The translations under genes and the position numbers were made by a program. From positions 18,956-82,955 of the forward strand of contig JBCLFD010000001.1 of NCBI GenBank assembly GCA_038912545.1: 64,000 bases of DNA. The letters run 5' to 3'. Below, piece by piece: positions 56,934 to 64,000 of this stretch. Within the stretch, counting starts at the first letter, position 1. The number at the start of each line of letters is the position of its first letter. Source of the DNA: Minisyncoccia bacterium. Lineage in GTDB: Bacteria > Patescibacteriota > Minisyncoccia > Phycocordibacterales > Phycocordibacteraceae. The notes under the pieces were generated by a model. The model did no database searches. It saw only the letters and a program-made list of their open reading frames with translations, and was not told where the DNA came from.

Positions 56934-57716
56934 ATGCATGACTTCTTCGGTAATAACGGCGCCCGCATCGCCATCGTCGGCACGCTCGCTATCCTCTCGC
57001 TCTTTCTTCTTGCGCAGACGGTGAATATCGCGCAGACCTTCGGTCGTCCTGGTGTGCCTGCCACCGATACGATTACGGTGACCGGACAGGGCGAGGCAAC
57101 CTTGGCGCCAGACGTCGCGCGCGTCTCCTTCTCGGTAGAGAACACTGCCGAAACCGTCTCTGACGCACAGACGGCGACGACTAAGCAGGCGAATTCCGCG
57201 ATTGACCTCGTGAAAAAGCAGGGCGTCGCGGATAAGGACGTGAAGACGCTCTCGTATAACATCTCGCCACAGTATTCATATTCAGATTGTCCTTCGGGCG
57301 CATATTGCCCAACACGCTCGCCGAAAGTGACGGGCTACACGGTGTCCGAGACAGTGCAGGTGACGGTGCGCGACTTGACGAAAGTCGGCGACCTCTTGGT
57401 AGGACTCGGGAAGCTGGAAGTGCAGAACCTGAACGGCCCCGCATTCGCGCTTGATGATTCAAGCGTCGGTTACGACGCCGCGCGCGCCGACGCAATCGCG
57501 AAGGCGAAAGCGCAGGCAGGACTCCTCGCGAAACAACTCGGCGTGCGTCTCGGCAAGATTGTGAACTTCAGCGAATCCTCGGGCGGATATTCGTATCCGA
57601 TGATGTACGGCCTTGGCGCCAGTATGTCCGAAAAATCATCTGGACCAACACCAGACATCCAACCGGGCGAGAACACCTACAACGCTTCGGTCTCCATCAC
57701 CTACTCAATTCGTTAA
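56934..57716 (+). CDS. SIMPL domain (DUF541/YggE) protein
   Basis: ITVTGQGE....PD.A, AR.DAI..AK..A..LA..LGV.LG. Confidence 0.9.
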   Translation: MHDFFGNNGARIAIVGTLAILSLFLLAQTVNIAQTFGRPGVPATDTITVTGQGEATLAPDVARVSFSVENTAETVSDAQTATTKQANSAIDLVKKQGVADKDVKTLSYNISPQYSYSDCPSGAYCPTRSPKVTGYTVSETVQVTVRDLTKVGDLLVGLGKLEVQNLNGPAFALDDSSVGYDAARADAIAKAKAQAGLLAKQLGVRLGKIVNFSESSGGYSYPMMYGLGASMSEKSSGPTPDIQPGENTYNASVSITYSIR

Positions 57717-57743
57717 AGTTAGGACATCCGATGTCCTAACTTT
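57715..57743. repeat. Palindromic mini-repeat / hairpin
   Basis: AAAGTTAGGACATC-C-GATGTCCTAACTTT. Confidence 0.65.
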
Positions 57744-57827
57744 CAGCGCTTGACGTGCAGAGCAGGGCATACTATATTAGGGCTATTAGAGCCCGCAGGG
57801 GCTTTTTATTTACCAACATACTTCAAT

Positions 57828-58013
57828 ATGACCTCACCTTTCACCTACTTGAAGCACGTTCGCGAAGAGTTCACCCACATCGTGTGGCCTTCTAATCGCA
57901 CGGCCACAGGGCACACACTCGTCGTCATCTTCATTGCGATTGTTATCGCGATTATAGTCGGTCTCTTGGACTATGTGTTCAGCTCTCTGGTGAGCCGTAT
58001 CGCGGGCGGATAA
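57828..58013 (+). CDS. secE: Preprotein translocase SecE
   Basis: YLKHVREEF..IVWP, single TM, upstream of nusG. Confidence 0.92.
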   Translation: MTSPFTYLKHVREEFTHIVWPSNRTATGHTLVVIFIAIVIAIIVGLLDYVFSSLVSRIAGG

Positions 58014-58017
58014 TAGT

Positions 58018-58629
58018 ATGGACGAAAACCAAGATGAAATGGGCATGGCAGATATCGCGCCGTCTGTCATTAAAGAAGTGCGTGACGAAACAGCGCCGAA
58101 AGAAGAAGATGCTCGCTGGTACACCATTCACACGTACGCCGGCTATGAGAATGCGGTGGAGCGCAATTTGAAACAGCGTATTGAATCGCTTGGTATGGAG
58201 AATAAGATTTTTGATGTCATCGTCCCGACCGAGAAGAAAATCCGCGTGAAGGGCGGGAAGCGCTTTGTTGAGGAGGAGAAGATTTATCCGGGCTACATCC
58301 TCGTGCGGATGATAGTGGATGACGATTCGTGGTTCGTGGTGCGCAATACGCCAAGAGTTACCGGATTCGTCGGGAGCGGTAACACGCCGGTGCCGATGGA
58401 GGAGGGCGAGGTCGCGACACTCACGAAACGCATGCATGCAGAGGCACCGAAGCACCGCATTGATCTTGTGAAGGACGATCCTGTCGTCATTGCCGACGGC
58501 CCGTTTAAAGATCTTGAGGGTAAAGTTGGAGAGATAGATGAGGACCGCGGGAAGGTGAAGGTTATGGTCTCTATGTTCGGTCGCGAAACTCCCGTTGAAT
58601 TAGACTTTTTGCAAATTAGGAAACTCTAG
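58018..58629 (+). CDS. nusG: Transcription factor NusG
   Basis: WYTIHTYAGYE, IYPGY, RNTPRVTGFVG, FGRETPVELDF. Confidence 0.97.
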   Translation: MDENQDEMGMADIAPSVIKEVRDETAPKEEDARWYTIHTYAGYENAVERNLKQRIESLGMENKIFDVIVPTEKKIRVKGGKRFVEEEKIYPGYILVRMIVDDDSWFVVRNTPRVTGFVGSGNTPVPMEEGEVATLTKRMHAEAPKHRIDLVKDDPVVIADGPFKDLEGKVGEIDEDRGKVKVMVSMFGRETPVELDFLQIRKL

Positions 58630-58647
58630 CGTAAAGTCACATTCATC

Positions 58648-59064
58648 ATGGCAACTGTAGTAAAAAAGATTAAACTCCAAATCCCCGGTGGGAAGGCGAC
58701 GCCTGCGCCTCCTGTCGGTACCGTTCTCGGACCCGCCGGCGTGAACATCGGTCAGTTCGTGAGCCAGTTCAATGAACAAACCAAAGATAAGCAGGGAATG
58801 ATTATCCCCGTAGACCTCTCGGTCTATGACGACCGCTCGTTCACTTTCGTTCTCAAGAATCCGCCGGCGTCGCGTCTCATATTGAAGGCAGTCGGTATTG
58901 AAAAGGGTTCGGGCAAGGCACCGTCAAAGGTGGGCGAGATTACCAAGGCGCAGATATCGGCGATTGTGGACGAGAAGATTCCGGACATGAATGCCTCGTC
59001 AAAAGAAGCAGCCGCGCGCACCATCGCGGGCACCGCGCGAAGCATGGGCGTGGAAGTGAAATAA
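58648..59064 (+). CDS. rplK: 50S ribosomal protein L11
   Basis: [19 protein letters not shown]. Confidence 0.97.
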   Translation: MATVVKKIKLQIPGGKATPAPPVGTVLGPAGVNIGQFVSQFNEQTKDKQGMIIPVDLSVYDDRSFTFVLKNPPASRLILKAVGIEKGSGKAPSKVGEITKAQISAIVDEKIPDMNASSKEAAARTIAGTARSMGVEVK

Positions 59065-59092
59065 ATAAATAATTAAGTTTAATATAAAAGGG

Positions 59093-59123
59093 AATCGCGA
59101 CGACCGGTGGTCGTCGCGATTTT
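59093..59123. terminator. Hairpin between convergent rplK and folA
   Basis: AATCGCGACGACC-GGT-GGTCGTCGCGATT. Confidence 0.6.
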
Positions 59124-59623
59124 CATTTCCGCTCCAGCGTTACAAAGCGATGTGACGGGTCGCCCACGCCAATCTCGTCAGAGATTATTTTGAAATCGTT
59201 TTCATACGGCGGAAAAAATACATCACCATCAGCATTGTCATCAACAAGGGTAAGGTACAGGCGGTCTGCGAAGGGGAGAGCGACGGCGTAGATCTCACCT
59301 CCGCCGATGACAAAGATTTCATCGGATCCTTCCGCATGCGCCGCAACGGTGAATGCGTCTGACAGCGAACGTGCGAGCGTAGTGCCTTGCGTCGTGTAAT
59401 CCTTCTGACTCGAGACAACGATATTTGTCCTCCCCGTGAGCGGGCGGAATCGTTCAGGGATAGATTCCCACGTTTTGCGCCCCATGATGACCGGGTGGCT
59501 CATAGTCAGTGCCTTGAATCTCTGCATGTCGTCCGGCAGATGCCAGAGCAGCTTCCCGCCCTTCCCGAGAGCATAGTTTTCTCGTCCCAGTACGGCGATG
59601 ATTGAAACGATTGAGTTGTTCAT
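59123..59623 (-). CDS. folA: Dihydrofolate reductase
   Basis: LLWHLPDD..RFK..T, IMGRKTWES, RPL.GR.N, IGGGEIY. Confidence 0.95.
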   Translation of the reverse strand: MNNSIVSIIAVLGRENYALGKGGKLLWHLPDDMQRFKALTMSHPVIMGRKTWESIPERFRPLTGRTNIVVSSQKDYTTQGTTLARSLSDAFTVAAHAEGSDEIFVIGGGEIYAVALPFADRLYLTLVDDNADGDVFFPPYENDFKIISDEIGVGDPSHRFVTLERK

Positions 59624-59749
59624 AATTTCTCCTAAAGATCACGGCAAATTGCCGCCTGTATGAAACACTACACCATCGGTTTGCTTTTTGCTTATTCGGC
59701 GCGTACAGTTCGTCTGGGTTAGAAGTTCTCTGGCAGTTTAATTTTATCA

Positions 59750-60685
59750 ATGGAGGCAGTGATGTCTAAGAAAATCGTAGTGGTAGTAGGAAAGTGGGTC
59801 AATAACCCAAATGAGGCGCAATATCTCGAAGCCCTTTACGACACTCTCGTGTATGGCGATGTTCGGAAGACACGAAACGGAAATACCCGAGCAATATTTG
59901 CTCGGCACATGCGTTTCAATCTCCCCGATGGATTTCCTGCTCCTTCGACGAAACAACTTGCGTTCAACTCAGTGTTGGCGGAACTCATATGGTTTATTGA
60001 GGGCGGGAAAGATTCTCCCACCCCATCCCGTCTTTCGATTGGTCGGCTCAATCAGCTGATGGGGCTTCCCGAAGACGCGCACAACCCTATGTGGTCTCAC
60101 GATCAACAACGATTTGTCGCGAGCGGTAAGGCACAGTTCCCGGGCGACTGCGGCGTAATTTACGGTTCGCAATGGCGCAACTTCAACGGTAAGGGTGTTG
60201 ACCAGCTCACAACGGTGATTGAAGCGCTCAAAAAAGATCCGTTCAGCCGGTATCATGTCATCACCGCGTGGAATCCGCTCGAGATGGGGAACATGTGCCT
60301 GCCTCCGTGCCATATGAAGATGCAGTTCTTCGTGCGACACTCACGTCGCAAAGACGGGAAGAAGTATCTCTGCGTAGCGATGGATCAGCGGTCATGTGAC
60401 ATGTTCCTTGGCGTGCCATTCAACATCGCTTCGTATGCGATATTGGTGCATATCATCGCGCAATGTGTGGGGATGCTTCCGGGCGAGCTCATCATAACCC
60501 TGAACGATTGCCACATTTACAGTTCGCACCTGAAGCAGGTGCGGAAGCAGTTGGAGCGCGACACGTATGTAGCTCCGAAGCTGTGGGTCAATCCCGAGAT
60601 CAAGTGTATTGATGATTTCGGAATGAACGACGTCAAATTGATTGACTACAAACACCAAGGACGTATTCAGGCGAAATTGCAGTGA
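59750..60685 (+). CDS. thyA: Thymidylate synthase ThyA
   Basis: ELIWF, YG.QWR, LPPCH, QRSCDMFLGVPFNIASY, HIY. Confidence 0.95.
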   Translation: MEAVMSKKIVVVVGKWVNNPNEAQYLEALYDTLVYGDVRKTRNGNTRAIFARHMRFNLPDGFPAPSTKQLAFNSVLAELIWFIEGGKDSPTPSRLSIGRLNQLMGLPEDAHNPMWSHDQQRFVASGKAQFPGDCGVIYGSQWRNFNGKGVDQLTTVIEALKKDPFSRYHVITAWNPLEMGNMCLPPCHMKMQFFVRHSRRKDGKKYLCVAMDQRSCDMFLGVPFNIASYAILVHIIAQCVGMLPGELIITLNDCHIYSSHLKQVRKQLERDTYVAPKLWVNPEIKCIDDFGMNDVKLIDYKHQGRIQAKLQ

Positions 60686-60813
60686 GACATCGGAAGAAGG
60701 TTCATTTGCGACGGTTTCGGCCGTCGCTTTATTTTTGTTAACGCAATTTGCTTTTTATATTGTACGCGCGTAGCATTCTTACTGGAACAACAACCAAACG
60801 AAAGGGGCACATT

Positions 60814-61419
60814 ATGCCATTTATGATCTTTGAAGGTGGGGAAGGGTCTGGGAAGGATACCCAGATTGATTTACTCAAACAGAAACTCAATCCTAAACAT
60901 ACTGTTTTTACCCGTGAGCCGGGCGGAACGGATGTCGGCGAGAAGTTGCGCAGTATTGTTCTCGGTACGCAGATGGAACCCGAGACCGAATTACTTGTCT
61001 TTCTCGCGGCGCGTGCCGAGCTCGTACGAACGGTCATACGGCCGGCGCTTGAAGCGAGGAAACTGGTGATCTCAAACCGTTTTGGACTTTCCACGATTGC
61101 GTATCAGATTTACGGTCGCAATCGTCCGCACCTTCTGCCTTTTCTCATGGATATATCCAAACAGGTTTTTGGCGACATCGAATCGCCCTACTGCCTCCTG
61201 CTTGATATCCCTCCTGAAATTGGGTTGGAACGCGTCAAAAGACGTGGCGATGGCAAAACGCGCTTTGATGCAGAGAAGCTCGCCCTTCATCGCCGCGTTC
61301 GTCAAGGATATCTTAATCACCACAATGACGACGGCCGCGGAGAGTGTATTAATGCTCTCGCTAGTAAAGAGCATGTCACTCTTGCAATCGCGAGTCAGAT
61401 GAAACGGTGGAACTTGTAA
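60814..61419 (+). CDS. tmk: Thymidylate kinase
   Basis: FEGGEGSGKDTQ, TREPGG, ISNRF..ST.AYQ. Confidence 0.93.
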   Translation: MPFMIFEGGEGSGKDTQIDLLKQKLNPKHTVFTREPGGTDVGEKLRSIVLGTQMEPETELLVFLAARAELVRTVIRPALEARKLVISNRFGLSTIAYQIYGRNRPHLLPFLMDISKQVFGDIESPYCLLLDIPPEIGLERVKRRGDGKTRFDAEKLALHRRVRQGYLNHHNDDGRGECINALASKEHVTLAIASQMKRWNL

Positions 61420-61447
61420 TTCTCGCGACGGCTCCGGTCGTCGCTTT

Positions 61448-62122
61448 TTATTTCTTAATATCTCGATCAAGATACAAGCGCGGAAGCATTTGTTCGGGTC
61501 GCCACTCTTTCTTTAATTTCTTCATGTCCTGCGTTGATTGATATTTCCCAGAAACAGCGTAATCGCTATCAAGAATTGGTCCAGTTTCAAAAAAAACGAT
61601 TTGTGCGATACGACGACCGACCACGAGTGGAATGAGATAATTTTTAGAATTATTCGTTATTTCCATTGTCCAACGGTTCATGTAGCCGACATCGCCCCAG
61701 CCGGCGCATTTGCAGACTTCAATAAAATTTCGCCCGAGCGACGAGCGCGCCTTCATCATCGTGGTGATGTGATCTCTTCCGCCGATGAATTCATTCGTAT
61801 GCGCAAGAATCGTTTCGCCTGGTCGAAGTAGAATTACTTTGTCTCTCGGACTGATACCGTCCCATTCAAAATTGTACTTTTCAAACGCTTTTTTTGCTGA
61901 CACTGCTCGTTCCGGTCTCTTAGCACCCCAGACATGCTCTACGTGCGCTTTGCTCCAAATATTGTACAAGCCGTGGTTGTAGTTCGGTGACTGTTCGCGA
62001 AAGTACCACTCGCCGAGTGTTACGTCATAGCTGGACGTCGCGAGATTCTTCTTATTGAAAGGATCAATGACGATAGATCCTTTTTTCATTTCTTCCAGGA
62101 TTCGCCGGTCGGAGAGTGCCAT
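61448..62122 (-). CDS. dcd: dCTP deaminase family
   Basis: LSDRRI, SYDVTL, ARSSLGR, GDVGY...WTMEI.N, IAQIVF. Confidence 0.85.
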   Translation of the reverse strand: MALSDRRILEEMKKGSIVIDPFNKKNLATSSYDVTLGEWYFREQSPNYNHGLYNIWSKAHVEHVWGAKRPERAVSAKKAFEKYNFEWDGISPRDKVILLRPGETILAHTNEFIGGRDHITTMMKARSSLGRNFIEVCKCAGWGDVGYMNRWTMEITNNSKNYLIPLVVGRRIAQIVFFETGPILDSDYAVSGKYQSTQDMKKLKKEWRPEQMLPRLYLDRDIKK

Positions 62123-62164
62123 AGGTGGTGTGAATGGTAGCACAAGTGATGCTACACTCGTTTT

Positions 62165-63781
62165 GTGGAAGAGAAGATTACAGAGGCGATACAGAGCGCG
62201 CTTGAGGGAGCGGGCGTGATGGGAGCGACCGTTGCCCTGAAGCGGCCGCCAGATCCCGCCTTCGGCGATTATGCGGTCTTTATCGGGATGGAACAGGCGC
62301 CGGTGATTGCCGAAAAAATTAAAGAAACACTAAAAGGAACTGTTTTTAGTGTTGATGTAGTTAAGCCAGGATTTCTTAACATTAAGCTCTCGCAGGGGGC
62401 TGTAGCGTCTGTCGTTGCCGAAGCAGATGTGAAAGGTGATGAATGGGGGAAGAGCATTACAGAAGAAGGCAAGCGCGTGATGATTGAATATTCAAACCCG
62501 AACGCTTTTAAGGAGATGCATATCGGGCACCTCGTCGGCACTATTATTGGGGAATCTCTAGCACGACTTATTGAAAATGAGGGCGCAACGGTTGTGCGCG
62601 ATACCTTCGGCGGGGACGTCGGACCGAACGTCGCAAAAGCGCTCTGGGGATTACAGAGTGCCGGCATTACCGAGCCGACGAGTTCGAAAGAAATCGGCGA
62701 GGCGTATGCCGAAGGCGCTCGAATGTATGAGGAAGACGAAAAAGTAAAAGCTGAGATAGATGCGCTCAATCAGCAGGTGTATGCAGGAATTGACACGGTA
62801 CTTATGAACCTATGGCGTACGGGCCGGGAAATTTCTATGAAAGAGTTTCGCCGGATTTGGAAATTGCTCGGCACGCATTTTGATTATGAATTTTTTGACA
62901 GTGACACTGTTGAAAACGGCATGCGACTCGTCCGCGATGGATTGGAAAAAGGAATATTCAAAAAGAGCGATGGCGCAATTATTTATGACGGCGAGAGTAA
63001 AGGCGTGCACACGATGGTCTTCATCACCTCACACGATACACCGACGTATGAGGCAAAAGACATCGGCCTCGCATTCCTGCGCGAAGAGCGGTGGCCCTCC
63101 GATCAAGTGATTATCATTACAGGGAATGAACAAACAGGGCGTTTCAAGACGATTCTCGCGGCGCTCGCGGAGCTCGCCCCGCATCTGGCAAAGAAAACAT
63201 CGCACGTCGCGACCGGATTTCTAAAACTAACGACAGGCAAGATGTCATCGCGCGAAGGGTATGTCATTACCGCCGCAGAATTTATTACGGACATCATCAC
63301 GAAAGCGATGGAGAAAAATTCTGACCCCTTAATTGCTGAACAGGTCGCTATTGGGGCGATTAAATATATGGTGCTGCGACAGGCGCCCGGACAGGACATC
63401 CTTTTTGACCCGGAGAAATCGTTATCGCTTGAAGGCGATTCGGGTTCGTATCTGCAGTATGCGCTCGTACGTGCGCGCAAAATTCTCACGTATGGAGCGA
63501 CGGGTGAGGGCGGCACTGAGACACCACCTACGCCTTACACTATCGAACGACTCATTATCCATTTCCCCGCAGTCGTCGCGCGCGCAACGCGTACGCAGAC
63601 ACCGAGCACGCTCGTGACCTATTTGACTGAGCTCGCCGCCGAGTGGAATTCTTTTTATGCGAGAGAACAGATTCTCGGCAGTCCTGAAGAAGCGTACAAA
63701 CAGCGTGTCGCACGCGCCTTCGCGAACACAATGAGCAACGGCCTTCGCCTTCTCGGCATTCCTGCACCTGAGAAAATGTGA
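62165..63781 (+). CDS. argS: Arginine--tRNA ligase
   Basis: FGDY, EYSNPN..K.MHIGH, KMSSREG, YLQYA..R, PEKM. Confidence 0.95.
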   Translation: MEEKITEAIQSALEGAGVMGATVALKRPPDPAFGDYAVFIGMEQAPVIAEKIKETLKGTVFSVDVVKPGFLNIKLSQGAVASVVAEADVKGDEWGKSITEEGKRVMIEYSNPNAFKEMHIGHLVGTIIGESLARLIENEGATVVRDTFGGDVGPNVAKALWGLQSAGITEPTSSKEIGEAYAEGARMYEEDEKVKAEIDALNQQVYAGIDTVLMNLWRTGREISMKEFRRIWKLLGTHFDYEFFDSDTVENGMRLVRDGLEKGIFKKSDGAIIYDGESKGVHTMVFITSHDTPTYEAKDIGLAFLREERWPSDQVIIITGNEQTGRFKTILAALAELAPHLAKKTSHVATGFLKLTTGKMSSREGYVITAAEFITDIITKAMEKNSDPLIAEQVAIGAIKYMVLRQAPGQDILFDPEKSLSLEGDSGSYLQYALVRARKILTYGATGEGGTETPPTPYTIERLIIHFPAVVARATRTQTPSTLVTYLTELAAEWNSFYAREQILGSPEEAYKQRVARAFANTMSNGLRLLGIPAPEKM

Positions 63782-63804
63782 CGAAAATGTTAGAATAGGA
63801 AGAT

Positions 63805-64000
63805 ATGGCAGAAAAGTCAGAGGCAGCAAAAAGGGAAGAGAAGATTCTTGAATTCTGGGAGCGCGAACGCATCTTTGAGAAGTCGCTCGCGAAACATTCT
63901 CCGAAAGGCGAGTTCGTGTTTTATGAGGGTCCGCCGACGGCTAATGGCAAGCCGGGTATCCATCATCTTGCCTCGCGAGCATTCAAGGATGCTATTCCGC
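63805..64000 (+). CDS. ileS: Isoleucine--tRNA ligase type 2 (5' part; runs off the window)
   Basis: EEKILEFW....IFEKSL...[18 protein letters not shown]...R..KD. Confidence 0.88.
   Translation, partial: MAEKSEAAKREEKILEFWERERIFEKSLAKHSPKGEFVFYEGPPTANGKPGIHHLASRAFKDAIP

Overview
Replication-origin region of a small-genome bacterium. Gene content and style (minimal metabolism, conserved PrgI/VirB4/pilin cluster, pilM-like operon, many apparently leaderless genes, palindromic mini-repeats inside genes) point to Patescibacteria/CPR, most likely Parcubacteria; this taxonomic call is inference. The window holds yidC-rnpA-rpmH / dnaA-oriC-dnaN, polA, recJ, ruvA/B/C/X, comEC, PBP1A, glmS, secE-nusG-rplK, a folA-thyA-tmk-dcd block, argS, the start of ileS and 9 tRNAs. 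It also has several tRNA-linked or low-GC accessory cassettes: a MunI-like C/R/M system, a three-gene signalling module and an S8 protease. The top find is at the left edge. An IS110/Nop-domain protein (RuvC-like fold + coiled coil + Nop/Transposase_20 domain, 5' end outside the window) is followed directly by two stem-loop units. Each unit reads stem-CGA-9 nt-TG-hairpin-CGA-9 nt-TG-stem, and a terminator follows. This is the architecture of a stem-loop TIGR (tandem interspaced guide RNA) array with a TasR-like protein, here with a variant box motif and an apparently degenerate RuvC site. Other notable items: a ~160-nt structured ncRNA candidate beside ruvB, in-frame palindromic insertions in housekeeping genes, a 24-bp leader shared by both ends of the RM cassette, tRNA-Arg(GCG), a GIHH-type IleRS2 and an alternative oxidase. 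All calls were made by eye without database searches.
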